Shown piece after piece: positions 18,396 through 27,830 of a DNA stretch of 64,000 nt. The stretch's first letter is position 1. Each line of letters opens with the position of its first letter. The position numbers and the translations under genes are program-made. Source of the stretch: Brevundimonas sp. (lineage in GTDB: Bacteria; Pseudomonadota; Alphaproteobacteria; Caulobacterales; Caulobacteraceae); contig DASWYI010000022.1 of the NCBI GenBank assembly GCA_036405055.1, forward strand, positions 3,967 through 67,966, given 5' to 3'. The notes below the pieces were generated by a model that was not told the origin of the DNA, did no database searches, and was given only the letters and a program-made list of their open reading frames with translations.

Positions 18396-19193
18396 TCAGT
18401 CCTCGATCTCGACCACGACTGGCACGTGGTCGCTCGGCTTTTCCATGTCGCGGGCGTCGCGGTGGGTCTCGACGCCCCGGAACCGGTCGGCGGCCTGGGG
18501 CGACAGCAGGGCGAAGTCGATGCGGATGCCGTGGTCGCGCTGCCAGGCGCCGGCCTGATAGTCCCAGAAGGTGAAGGTCCCCGGCGGCTGCTTGCCCAAC
18601 TCGCCCGCGTCCGCATAGCCGAGGTAGCGCAGCGCCCGGAACGCGGCCTGACTCTCCGGCTTGAACAGGGCGTCGCCGACCCAGGCGGCCGGGTTCTTCG
18701 CGTCCTCGGGCGTCGGAATGACGTTATAGTCGCCGCACAGCGCCACCGGCTCTTCAAGCGCCAGCAGGTCGCGCGCATGGGCGTGCAGCCGTCCGAACCA
18801 GTCCAGCTTGTAAGCGAACTTGGCGCTGTCCACCGGATTGCCGTTGGGCAGATAGATCGACGCCACCCGAACTGGACGCGGCGCTTCGATCAGGGCCTCG
18901 ATGTAGCGGGACTGAACCGCCTCCGCCTCGACACCGGATGCATCCACGCCGGGCAGGCCGCGCCGCACGTCGCTGAGCGGATATTTTGAGAGCAGGGCGA
19001 CGCCGTTGTAAGTCTTCTGCCCGTGGGTCTCGACGTTGTAGCCGAGGCTCTCAAAAGCCTCGCGCGGGAAGTTCTCGTCGACGCATTTGATCTCCTGGAA
19101 ACAGGCGACGTCCGGCTGGGCCGCCTCCAGCCATGCCAAGACCGTCGGCAGGCGGGCGTTGACCGAGTTCACGTTCCAGGTGGCGATGCGCAT
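18396..19193 (-). CDS. xth: exodeoxyribonuclease III
   Basis: IATWNVNS, QEIK, YNGVA, YLPNG, GDYN, GIRIDF and SDHVP motifs. Confidence 0.96.
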   Translation of the reverse strand: MRIATWNVNSVNARLPTVLAWLEAAQPDVACFQEIKCVDENFPREAFESLGYNVETHGQKTYNGVALLSKYPLSDVRRGLPGVDASGVEAEAVQSRYIEALIEAPRPVRVASIYLPNGNPVDSAKFAYKLDWFGRLHAHARDLLALEEPVALCGDYNVIPTPEDAKNPAAWVGDALFKPESQAAFRALRYLGYADAGELGKQPPGTFTFWDYQAGAWQRDHGIRIDFALLSPQAADRFRGVETHRDARDMEKPSDHVPVVVEIED

Positions 19194-19225
19194 GGACGCG
19201 AGGCTAGAGCGCGTCGCGGCAAAGA

Positions 19226-19260
19226 AAAAGCCCGCGCCTCCGATGCGGAGACGCGGGCCT
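19226..19260 (-). terminator. probable rho-independent terminator
   Basis: GC hairpin GCCCGCG…CGCGGGC followed on the minus strand by CTTTTTCTTT. Confidence 0.6.
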
Positions 19261-19283
19261 GATCCCTGCCTTCGGGAAGGCGG

Positions 19284-20288
19284 TTACTCGGTGGGCGCAG
19301 CCGCCGGGGCAGCGGTCGTCAGCTGGCAGCCGCCGGCCAACGCAGCCACCGCCGGGTCGGTGCAGGCCTGAACCCGCTTGGCGACGCCGGCGAGATCGAC
19401 ACGCGCCATCCAGCCGTCGCCCGAAGCGCATTTGACCTCGTAGACAGCCAGACGCTGGGCGTCGATGCCGACCTTGCGGGCCTGCTGGACCTCGCAGCCC
19501 GAAGCCGCGGTGCCGGCCAGGACGCCGGTCCAGGCGCTGTTGGCCTCGGCGTCGGTGGTGAAGCGGCACAGCTGGCCTTCGATCTTCAGATCCCAGCAGG
19601 GGATTTTCGCCCAAGAGCCTTCCTGACGTTCGATCCAGTAGCCGTCGGCGTTGGCGCAGCCGATTTCGTAGCGGTTGATGGCCGTGGCCATGCCCGCATC
19701 GACCTGACAGGTCACGCCGGCCTGCTGGGCGTAGCCGGCGATGACGGTCAGGGTGTTCTGGTTGCCTGGCAGCGTGCATTGCAGGCCGGCGTTAGCCGCC
19801 GGGTCGCGTTCATGCAGCATGGCGGCGGCGCCGGCCAGGTCCACGCAGTCGGCGGACCGGGGCGGGGTCGTGGCTTCGAAGATGAAGCCCGGGCCGGTGG
19901 CGCAGGCGGCTTCATAGATGTTGCCGCCCTCGGGGCGGGCGCCCAGCAGGCTCGCTTCGGTCACCTGGCAGCTGTTGCCCAGCGACACGGCGACAGCCTG
20001 GGCGGCGGCGCGGTTTTGTTCCGGCGTCGGACCCTGATTCTGACCGCGGCGGGCGGCGTCCCGGCGCTGTTCGCGGGACTGGGGGCGTTCCTGGGCCTGA
20101 CGGCCGCCGCCGACGCGGCCGGGCAGGACGCTCTCGCCGCGAATGGTGCCTGAAGCCTTTTCAGACTCCGTCTGCTCGGCGTCGGGCGTGCCCGCGGTCG
20201 TGGGCGGGGTCTGGGCCGCGACAGGCGCCGCCGCAAAGGCGAGGGCGAGCGTGGCGCCGATAACGGCGATGAACTTGGTCTTCAACAC
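19284..20288 (-). CDS. secreted cysteine-rich repeat protein
   Basis: Signal peptide; three repeats of C-x-V…YE-x-x-C-x(2-3)-G. Confidence 0.75.
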   Translation of the reverse strand: MLKTKFIAVIGATLALAFAAAPVAAQTPPTTAGTPDAEQTESEKASGTIRGESVLPGRVGGGRQAQERPQSREQRRDAARRGQNQGPTPEQNRAAAQAVAVSLGNSCQVTEASLLGARPEGGNIYEAACATGPGFIFEATTPPRSADCVDLAGAAAMLHERDPAANAGLQCTLPGNQNTLTVIAGYAQQAGVTCQVDAGMATAINRYEIGCANADGYWIERQEGSWAKIPCWDLKIEGQLCRFTTDAEANSAWTGVLAGTAASGCEVQQARKVGIDAQRLAVYEVKCASGDGWMARVDLAGVAKRVQACTDPAVAALAGGCQLTTAAPAAAPTE

Positions 20289-20422
20289 GGCAATGGGCTC
20301 CTGGGCCGGTACAGTTGGTGAAAGCCTTGGCGGGCGACCGCGGCGCGGTCAAGGCGGAACACGCACCGGAATGTGAACTGAGCGCTGGACGGCGCGAGGC
20401 CGATCCGCTCTAACGGTGACCG

Positions 20423-21532
20423 TTGCGATTGGAGACGGACTTGGCCGACGGCGCCGCCAGCGTGAATCAGGACGGCAAGGCGCTGGAAAGCCGGGGCCTG
20501 ACCTATCCGCTCGGAGCGCCGCCCGCGCTGGGCGAGGCGGTTCAAGCCGCGCCGGGTGTGCTGTGGCTGCGTCTGCCCCTGCCGATGGCGCTGGATCACA
20601 TCAATGTTTACGCGTTGGAAGACGGCGACGGCTGGACCTTGATCGATACGGGGCTTCAGACCGATGCGTCGAAAGAGGCCTGGGACCTGCTGCTGGCGGG
20701 ACCGCTGGGTGGGCGGTCGGTGAAGCGGGTTGTCTGCACCCATATGCACCCCGATCATATCGGCCTGGCAGGCTGGTTCTGCGAGCGGTTCGACGCGCGC
20801 CTGACCATGACGCGGCTGGAGTATGTGACCGCCAGGATGCTGCTGGCCGACACGGGCCAGCCCGCGCCCGAGAACGGCGCCCGTTTCTATCACGCCGCCG
20901 GTTGGAACGCGGCTCAGCTGGACCGCTACCGCGCGACTTTCGGCCAATTCGGACGCGCCGTCGCGGCCATGCCCACCACCTATGACCGGATGCGCGAGGG
21001 CGACGTCCTGCGCATCGGCGACAGCGACTGGCGCGTGGTGGTCGGCGAGGGCCACAGCCCCGAGCACGCCTGCCTTTGGCGCGAGGCGGACGGCATGGTG
21101 CTGGGGGGCGACCAGATCCTGCCGCGCATCTCGTCCAACGTGTCGATTTGGCCGACCGAGCCGATGGCCGATCCGTTGGGCGACTGGCTGGTTTCGCTGG
21201 AGCGGATGAAGATCGTGCTGCCTGAGGACGCACTGGTCCTGCCGTCCCACGGCGAGCCCTTCATCGGCGTGCGCACACGGCTGGACGCCCTGATCCGGGG
21301 CCACAACACCGGCCTGAAGCGGCTGGAACGCACGCTGAAGACCCCCAGCCGCGCCGTCGATGTCTTCGGCGCCCTGTTCGCCCGCGAAGTGGGCGAGGGG
21401 CTGATGGGCATGGCGACGGGCGAAAGCCTGGCGCATCTGAACTATCTTGAGCGTCAGGGCCGGGCCCGGCGCGACCGCGACGCCGACGGTGTCGACTGGT
21501 GGACGGCCATTGAACAGGGAGACGAGGCGTGA
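20423..21532 (+). CDS. MBL-fold metallo-hydrolase
   Basis: THMHPDHIG, GHSPEH, GDQILP and LPSHG motifs; exact start uncertain. Confidence 0.9.
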   Translation: MRLETDLADGAASVNQDGKALESRGLTYPLGAPPALGEAVQAAPGVLWLRLPLPMALDHINVYALEDGDGWTLIDTGLQTDASKEAWDLLLAGPLGGRSVKRVVCTHMHPDHIGLAGWFCERFDARLTMTRLEYVTARMLLADTGQPAPENGARFYHAAGWNAAQLDRYRATFGQFGRAVAAMPTTYDRMREGDVLRIGDSDWRVVVGEGHSPEHACLWREADGMVLGGDQILPRISSNVSIWPTEPMADPLGDWLVSLERMKIVLPEDALVLPSHGEPFIGVRTRLDALIRGHNTGLKRLERTLKTPSRAVDVFGALFAREVGEGLMGMATGESLAHLNYLERQGRARRDRDADGVDWWTAIEQGDEA

Positions 21533-22302
21533 GCGACCATATCCAGACGGTGCTGCAGGACGGCGTCCTGACCGTCACCCTGAACCGGGCCGACAAGAAG
21601 AACGCCATCACCCAGGCCATGTATGCGGCCCTGGCCGACGCCACCGAGCGCACGCGCACCGACGACGCTGTGCGCGTGATCCTGTTCCGAGGCGAGGGCG
21701 ACAGCTTCTCGGCCGGCAACGACATCGCCGACTTCATCGCCCTGGGCCAGACGGCCGGCGATCTGGTCGAGATGGGGGTGTTCCGCTTCCTCAAGGCGCT
21801 GGCGGATCTGGACAAGCCGGCGGTGGCGGCGGTGCGCGGCCGGGCCGTGGGCATCGGCCTGACCCTGCTGCTCCACTGCGACATGGTGGTGGTGGCCGAG
21901 GATGCGCTGCTGTCCGTGCCGTTCGTGAACCTGGCCCTGGCGCCCGAGGCGGCGTCCTCGATGCTGCTGCCGGCGGTCCTGGGGCATCAGCGGGCGTTCG
22001 AGCTGTTCGCGCTGGGTGAGCCGATCGACGGCAGGACGGCTCTCGCCTGGGGCCTCGCCAATCGCGCGGTGGCCGCCGCCGATGTCGATGCGACGGCGCA
22101 GGAACTGGCGGCGAAACTGGCGGCGCGCGCCCCCAACTCGATCCGCAAGACCAAGGCCCTGATGCGCGATGCCGAGCGGATGTGGGCCTTGATGCAGCGC
22201 GAGAGCCAGGCCTTCGGCAGCCAGATGCGCAGCCCCGAGGCGATGGAAGCGTTCATGGCCTTCAGCCAGAAGCGCGCGCCGGATTTCTCCAAGGTCGGTT
22301 GA
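21529..22302 (+). CDS. enoyl-CoA hydratase/isomerase
   Basis: NRADKKNAI, FSAGND and AVGIG.TLLLHCD motifs. Confidence 0.92.
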   Translation: MSDHIQTVLQDGVLTVTLNRADKKNAITQAMYAALADATERTRTDDAVRVILFRGEGDSFSAGNDIADFIALGQTAGDLVEMGVFRFLKALADLDKPAVAAVRGRAVGIGLTLLLHCDMVVVAEDALLSVPFVNLALAPEAASSMLLPAVLGHQRAFELFALGEPIDGRTALAWGLANRAVAAADVDATAQELAAKLAARAPNSIRKTKALMRDAERMWALMQRESQAFGSQMRSPEAMEAFMAFSQKRAPDFSKVG

Positions 22303-22336
22303 TCCCCCGAGCAGCAGGCCCTATCTGCGCCGGCCC

Positions 22337-22828
22337 ATGACCGTATCCGCGTCCCAAATTCCGTCGCTTCGCATCGAGGCCGAGCACCCGTCCGACGCCG
22401 CGTCGGTCGAGGCTCTGGTGCTGGCCGCCTTCGGTCCTGGCCGCTTCGCCAAGACGGCCGAACGCCTGCGTGAGCGGGCGACACTGGCCGCCGGTTTCGT
22501 GGCGCGGGAAGGCGGCCGGGTGATCGGCTCCGTGCGTCTGTGGAATATTACGGTCGGCGAGACGCCCGCCCTGTTCCTCGGCCCCATCGCCGTGGACGCC
22601 GCCCAACGCAGCGCCGGCCTCGGCGCCGATCTGGTCGAGGCCTGCATCGCCCATGCGAGGGCCAGCGGCTCGCCTGGCATCCTGCTGGTCGGCGATCCCC
22701 CCTATTTCAGCCGTTTCGGCTTCGTCGCCGCCCCGGACGTGACCCTGCCCGGTCCCGTCGACCCGCGCCGCCTGCTGTGGCTGCCGTTGGGGGTGGAGAC
22801 GGTGGCGGGGATGACCACTGCCGCCTGA
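22337..22828 (+). CDS. GNAT family N-acetyltransferase (YhbS-like)
   Basis: FGPGRFAKTAERLRE, LGPIAV…GLG and LVGDPPYFSRFGF motifs. Confidence 0.9.
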   Translation: MTVSASQIPSLRIEAEHPSDAASVEALVLAAFGPGRFAKTAERLRERATLAAGFVAREGGRVIGSVRLWNITVGETPALFLGPIAVDAAQRSAGLGADLVEACIAHARASGSPGILLVGDPPYFSRFGFVAAPDVTLPGPVDPRRLLWLPLGVETVAGMTTAA

Positions 22829-22871
22829 TCGCGCTTTGCGCTGACGCCCGACGCCGCCTAAGTCTGGCTGC

Positions 22872-23414
22872 ATGATCGACCTGTCGCAGATCATCGCCAA
22901 GAGCCTGTCGGGGGTCGAGCCGTCCGCGCGCGGCCTGCCGCCGGTACACCTGTGGCATCCGGCCCATTGCGGCGAGATCGACATCGTCATCCGGCGCGAC
23001 GGCCTGTGGATGCACGAGGGCTCCCCCATCGGCCGGGCGGAGCTGGTGCGGTTGTTCTCAACCGTCCTGCGGCTCGACCCCGACGGCTATCACCTCGTCA
23101 CCCCGGTGGAGAAGCTGAAGATCACGGTCGAGGACCTGCCCTTCCGCGCCGTCGCCGTGTCGCGGCAGGGCGAGGCGCTGGCCTTCACCACCGACGTCGG
23201 CGACCGGGTCGAGGCGGGACCGGACCACCCCATCGAGGTCGAGACCGATCCGGTGACCGGCGAACCCGCGCCGCGCATCCATGTCCGCGCCGATCTGTGG
23301 GCGCGCATCGCCCGCCCGGTCTTCTATGAGCTGGTGGAGGGGGCGGCGCTGGACGGGACGCAGATGTCGGTCACCTCCAACGGCCGCCGTTTCGATCTGG
23401 GGTCCGTCACATGA
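22872..23414 (+). CDS. DUF1285 family protein
   Basis: PPVHLWHPAHCGEIDI…W.HEGSPI.R…LVTPVEK motif. Confidence 0.9.
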   Translation: MIDLSQIIAKSLSGVEPSARGLPPVHLWHPAHCGEIDIVIRRDGLWMHEGSPIGRAELVRLFSTVLRLDPDGYHLVTPVEKLKITVEDLPFRAVAVSRQGEALAFTTDVGDRVEAGPDHPIEVETDPVTGEPAPRIHVRADLWARIARPVFYELVEGAALDGTQMSVTSNGRRFDLGSVT

Positions 23415-24073
23415 GCCTCGACAGCCTGCGCGACCGGCTGACCGAGCGGCTGGCTCTGGTGGACGAGTGGAGCCACGAACTGCCGCCCCGCCGGTCCGAC
23501 TTCGACCTTAATCCCGACCTGACCCGGCCGTCCCGCGAGTTGCGGCCCGCCGCCGTGCTGATCGCCGTTATCGCGCGGCCCGAGGGGGCGACGGTGCTGA
23601 TGACCCGGCGCGCCGACACCCTGACCAGCCACACCGGCCAGATCGCCTTTCCCGGCGGTCGGCTGGACGCGGGCGAGACGGCGCTGGAAGCGGCCCTGCG
23701 TGAGGCGCGGGAGGAGGTGGCTCTGGCGTCGGAGACCGTGGAAGTCCTGGGTCTCGGCGATCCCTATGAGAGTGGCAGCGGCTTCCTGATTACGCCTGTC
23801 ATCGGCTGGCTGGCCGAACCGCCGGCGACGGCGCCGTCGCCTGACGAGGTCGCTGAGGTGTTCGAGGCGCCGTGGGACTTCCTGATGGATGTCGCCAACC
23901 ACCGCCGCGACTTTCTGGAGCCGGAGCCGGGCCTGCGCCGCTGGTTCTGGGCCATGCCTTGGGAGGACCGCTACATCTGGGGCGTGACGGCGGGGATTCT
24001 GCGCGCGCTGCGGGAAAGGCTATACGGAGATGAACCGTCGCAGGGGGCGGCGGTCGCGGAGGACGCGGCATGA
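23411..24073 (+). CDS. CoA pyrophosphatase (NUDIX)
   Basis: H.GQIAFPGG…AALREAREEV and IWGVTAGIL motifs. Confidence 0.92.
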   Translation: MSLDSLRDRLTERLALVDEWSHELPPRRSDFDLNPDLTRPSRELRPAAVLIAVIARPEGATVLMTRRADTLTSHTGQIAFPGGRLDAGETALEAALREAREEVALASETVEVLGLGDPYESGSGFLITPVIGWLAEPPATAPSPDEVAEVFEAPWDFLMDVANHRRDFLEPEPGLRRWFWAMPWEDRYIWGVTAGILRALRERLYGDEPSQGAAVAEDAA

Positions 24074-25287
24074 CCGCAGGGCTGGAGGGGCAAGCTTGGC
24101 TGACCGCGCCGGCGACCGTCCAGGTCATGGATGCGCTGGAGGCGGCGGGCGGACCCGACTGCGCCCGCTTCGTCGGGGGCTGCATCCGCAACAGCCTGAT
24201 GGACCAGCCTGTCGACGACATCGACATCGCCACAAAGTTGCCGCCCACGGCCGTGGTGGCGGCGATCGAGGCGGCGGGTCTGCGCGCCGTGCCGACGGGC
24301 ATCGAGCACGGCACGGTGACGGCGGTGGCCGGGGGGCGAGGGTTCGAGATCACGACCCTGCGCCGCGATGTCTCGACCGATGGGCGCAACGCCACCGTCG
24401 CCTTCACGGGCGACTGGTGCGAGGACGCGGCGCGGCGGGATTTCCGCCTGAACGCCCTCTACGCCGACCGGTCGGGTGCGATCTTCGACCCGACGGGGCA
24501 GGGGCTGGCCGATGCGCTGGCGGGCCGCGTCGTCTTCGTCGGCGCGCCTGAACGGCGGATCGAAGAGGACTATCTGCGCATCCTGCGCTTCTTCCGCTTC
24601 TACGCCTGGTACGGCCGCGGCTGGCCCAGCGCGGCGGCGGTCGAGGCCTGCGCGGCCCTCGCGCCCGGCATGATCCGCCTGTCGGCCGAGCGTGTGTCCA
24701 AGGAGCTGCTGAAACTGCTGGCCGCGCCCGACCCGTCGACGGCGGTGCGGACCATGGGCGGCGCCGGCGTCCTGGCCCAGATCCTGCCCGAGGTGCATTC
24801 GCTGGAGGTCTTCCTGCGGATGGTGGCGCTCAGCAAGGATGCGGAACTGCGGCTGTCGGCGCTTCTGCCGCCTGATCCGACGGTGGTCGAGACCGCGGCG
24901 CGGCGGCTGCGTCTGTCCAACGCCCTGCGCGAGCGGCTGATGGCGGCCGCCGGCCCTCCGGTGTCGCTGGAGATGACGGAGAAGGAGGCGCGTGCCCATA
25001 TTTACCGCCTGCGCGCCCGGACCTTCCGCGACCGGGTCATGCGGGCGTGGGCCATGGCGGATCATGCGAGCGGCGACGGCGCCGGCGAGCTGATGGCTCT
25101 GGCGCACCAGTGGACGCCGCCCCGCCTGCCTGTGGGAGGCGCCGAGCTGGCGAAACTGGGTGTCGAGCCGGGACCGGAGACCGGGCGGCTGCTGAAGGCG
25201 TTCGAGGACAGCTGGATCGCCGACGACTTCCCCACGACCGGCCATGAAGAGCGGCTGAAAGCCCTGGTCAGCGCGCCGCGCGGGTGA
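24070..25287 (+). CDS. cca: CCA tRNA nucleotidyltransferase
   Basis: FVGGCIR…DIDIAT, EITTLR.D, DAARRDF..NA and EDYLRILRFFRF motifs. Confidence 0.92.
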   Translation: MTAGLEGQAWLTAPATVQVMDALEAAGGPDCARFVGGCIRNSLMDQPVDDIDIATKLPPTAVVAAIEAAGLRAVPTGIEHGTVTAVAGGRGFEITTLRRDVSTDGRNATVAFTGDWCEDAARRDFRLNALYADRSGAIFDPTGQGLADALAGRVVFVGAPERRIEEDYLRILRFFRFYAWYGRGWPSAAAVEACAALAPGMIRLSAERVSKELLKLLAAPDPSTAVRTMGGAGVLAQILPEVHSLEVFLRMVALSKDAELRLSALLPPDPTVVETAARRLRLSNALRERLMAAAGPPVSLEMTEKEARAHIYRLRARTFRDRVMRAWAMADHASGDGAGELMALAHQWTPPRLPVGGAELAKLGVEPGPETGRLLKAFEDSWIADDFPTTGHEERLKALVSAPRG

Positions 25288-26218
25288 TCTCGGTGACCAC
25301 GGGCCGGTGGTCCGACCCCGTCGGTTCGCCCAGCTTGCGGCTGACGAAGGCGAGGTCGGGCGAGCGCCACACCTGATCGATGGTGACGCCGAGGGCCGAG
25401 GGCGCGATCGCGGGCCATGTGCCGGGCCAGCCGGGCGCGGGGATCAGTCCGGCCTCCGCCTGCACCTGCCGCCCGATGCGGGCGCTGGACACGCTGTTGA
25501 AGTCGCCCGCCACGATCACCGGCCCGGTCAGGGTCTTGCGGTATTGCGACAGCAGGGTGACCTGATTGATCTGGCCCCACTGATACTGGAACGGCCAAGG
25601 GCGGGTCAGGTGCGCCCCAAGCACGTTCACCGATCCCGCGGGCGTCTCGACCACGGCCCCGACCAGATGCAGCCCCTGCGGCAGCTTCCACAGCCCCTTC
25701 ATCGGATAGCGCGAGGCGATGGCCGACCGCGCCGCGCCGCTGGGCCGATCCACCCGCACCGTGGCCACGCGATAGGGATAGCCCTTCAGGATTTCGTCCA
25801 GCCGAGCGGCCGCGTCATCGCCCAGCTCGATCAGCACCACGATGTCTGCGTCGGCCGCCCTCACCGAGCGGATGACGGCGTCCACGTCCCTGTTCCGGGC
25901 CCAGAGGTTGGCGGAATACAGCCGCACCGTTTTCGCCTCGGGCTCAGGCGTCCCCATCGGCGTCGTCCATTGGGGCCAGACGGCCAGCAGAGACAGGGCC
26001 GCGACCCCCACCGCTCCCACCGCCGACATGTCCCGGCGCAGCAGCAGCATCCCCACCGCGAACGTCAGACTCAGCACGAACGCCGGGGCCGTGAATTGCG
26101 CCATCACGTCGGGCCAGCGGTGCCCGATCCCGCTCAGCGCCGCCAGCCCCGGCAACGCCAGTACGCCCAGCACCGCGGCGGTCGCCAGCAGGATCACGAT
26201 GCGCGGCACCTTCGTCAC
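25268..26218 (-). CDS. membrane-anchored endonuclease/exonuclease/phosphatase (YafD-like)
   Basis: N-terminal TMs; SANL, AGDFN, IDQV and GSDHRP motifs. Confidence 0.88.
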   Translation of the reverse strand: MTKVPRIVILLATAAVLGVLALPGLAALSGIGHRWPDVMAQFTAPAFVLSLTFAVGMLLLRRDMSAVGAVGVAALSLLAVWPQWTTPMGTPEPEAKTVRLYSANLWARNRDVDAVIRSVRAADADIVVLIELGDDAAARLDEILKGYPYRVATVRVDRPSGAARSAIASRYPMKGLWKLPQGLHLVGAVVETPAGSVNVLGAHLTRPWPFQYQWGQINQVTLLSQYRKTLTGPVIVAGDFNSVSSARIGRQVQAEAGLIPAPGWPGTWPAIAPSALGVTIDQVWRSPDLAFVSRKLGEPTGSDHRPVVTEITRAAR

Positions 26219-26285
26219 GCCTTGCCTTTCATGGTGAACGCTGTTCGAGATGGGGCGTTAGGACCGCGCGCTTTTGGAGCATCGC

Positions 26286-26744
26286 ATGGCCAGACGAAGT
26301 CTGAGGGATATCGAGAAAATCTGGTCCAATGTCGAGGGGATCAAGAAGCTCTCCGACCGCGTGATCGGCATCGGCCCGTTCGGCGTCGGCATGGACGGCC
26401 TGCTGACCTGGGTGCCCGGGCTGGGCCTGGCCTACAGCGTCATCGCGGGGGGCTGGATCTTCATCCAGGGCCTTCGCGTCCGGGCCACGCCGTCGACCCT
26501 ACTGCGCATGGCCGGCTATCTGGGTCTGGACGCCGCGACCAGCGAGGTTCCGCTGGTCGGCGACGCGGTCGACTTCTTCTTCCAGGGCCACCTGATGGCG
26601 GCCAAGGCTCTGCAGAAGGACATCGAAAGCACCCACTGGGTCGAGGCCAGCGAGCGCGACGCCAAAGCCTCCGGCGACCACGACAGCCACCTCGGCGAAA
26701 TGCGCAGCCGAGGCCTGAAACGCATCGTCTATCTGCACGACTGA
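26286..26744 (+). CDS. DUF4112 family membrane protein
   Basis: GMDGLLTWVPGLG and VPLVGDAVDFFF motifs. Confidence 0.82.
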   Translation: MARRSLRDIEKIWSNVEGIKKLSDRVIGIGPFGVGMDGLLTWVPGLGLAYSVIAGGWIFIQGLRVRATPSTLLRMAGYLGLDAATSEVPLVGDAVDFFFQGHLMAAKALQKDIESTHWVEASERDAKASGDHDSHLGEMRSRGLKRIVYLHD

Positions 26745-26817
26745 GCGTCAGACACGTCCGCTTACCGGCGCAATGCGGGAGTCCGCTATCGACCCATAGC
26801 GGACATTAGCCGCGACC

Positions 26818-27195
26818 GTGTTAAGCTCACTTATGTTCGAAGTGCTCGCTCTTCAGCCACAGACCGTGCAGGCCGCCGAAATCTGTGAGGTGTTGGCCCA
26901 CCCTGCGGCATATGACGGCAAGCTGATTTCTATCTCGGGTATTTTCCGCACCGATTGGCATCACGGCGCGATCATCATTGGTGAACCCTGCGGCTGGGGC
27001 ATTGTCTTTGGCGGAAACGCAAATCTGGGCGAGCCTTGGACAAGGATCGAAGGCACGCGAGGCCACCACGACGTAAAAATCAGCATAGCGGTCATAGGTC
27101 GGTTCAGATGGAACCCTGACGATGCGAGTATGTATCCGCTGAAACATGTGATCGCGGTCGATGCGATCACCTCTCTCGAAATCCAACCGGAATGA
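26818..27195 (+). CDS. hypothetical protein (cassette ORF 1; possibly OB-fold-like)
   Basis: 125 aa lower-GC ORF filling the gap between repeats; CEVLAHPAAYDGKLISISG; alternative ATG at 26833. Confidence 0.65.
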   Translation: MLSSLMFEVLALQPQTVQAAEICEVLAHPAAYDGKLISISGIFRTDWHHGAIIIGEPCGWGIVFGGNANLGEPWTRIEGTRGHHDVKISIAVIGRFRWNPDDASMYPLKHVIAVDAITSLEIQPE

Positions 27196-27303
27196 CGCTC
27201 AAAGCCGACTGTCCGCTTTCGAGCCATCTGCAAACGTCCGCTTTCGACCCATTGCGGACATTTCGTTTAGCGGTGAAGTTGGCACGGGAGCTGTAGAAGC
27301 CAA

Positions 27304-27597
27304 ATGCCGATTTACCGTTTCATGGTGCATGGCACCGACGTGAGTGTGCCAAACAAGCGTCGCGGGTTCTTCACCACCCGACATTCATTTGGGCGCGATC
27401 AGGAACAAGCGGCGGCTAAAGTTTTGCGCCGCCTTAGCCGCGAGTTCACCTCGGGAGCATCCGCCCAGATTTGGGGGAGCGGTCCGCCCGATATGGTGAT
27501 CGAGGACTGTTGGAAGATCGGGGTCCATCAACTGTTAGCAGCCCCGAACCGGGGCAGCACTTTCTACGACGACCGTGACGAGCCAAACGTCCACTAA
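27304..27597 (+). CDS. hypothetical protein (cassette ORF 2)
   Basis: 97 aa lower-GC ORF; its stop codon lies inside the next degenerate repeat (GTCCAC-TAA). Confidence 0.65.
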   Translation: MPIYRFMVHGTDVSVPNKRRGFFTTRHSFGRDQEQAAAKVLRRLSREFTSGASAQIWGSGPPDMVIEDCWKIGVHQLLAAPNRGSTFYDDRDEPNVH

Positions 27598-27665
27598 CCA
27601 GGCGAACGCGCCCGTCCGCTATCGACCCCTTGCGGTCGTCTGCCACCAAGGAGAGATGAAGGGCC

Positions 27666-27830
27666 ATGAGGCGGCTGACTAAAAAGGAAATCTGGTTGGG
27701 ACGGCTATTCGGGATAGTTGTCTCAGCTGTCCCGGCCTATCTGGTTGGCGAAACCACGACGCAGCGTGTGATGCTCTACGTCTTGTTTGTGGCCGGGGCA
27801 TTACTGCTTCAGGCCAAAACAATCGACTGA
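27666..27830 (+). CDS. 54-aa two-TM small protein (cassette ORF 3; not in ORF track)
   Basis: Own translation: MRRLTKKEIWLGRLFGIVVSAVPAYLVGETTTQRVMLYVLFVAGALLLQAKTID*; purine-rich upstream region. Confidence 0.55.
   Translation: MRRLTKKEIWLGRLFGIVVSAVPAYLVGETTTQRVMLYVLFVAGALLLQAKTID

Noticed and set aside
25268-25287. Convergent 20-bp overlap of cca and the EEP gene
   Set aside because: Short convergent overlaps are common in compact GC-rich genomes.
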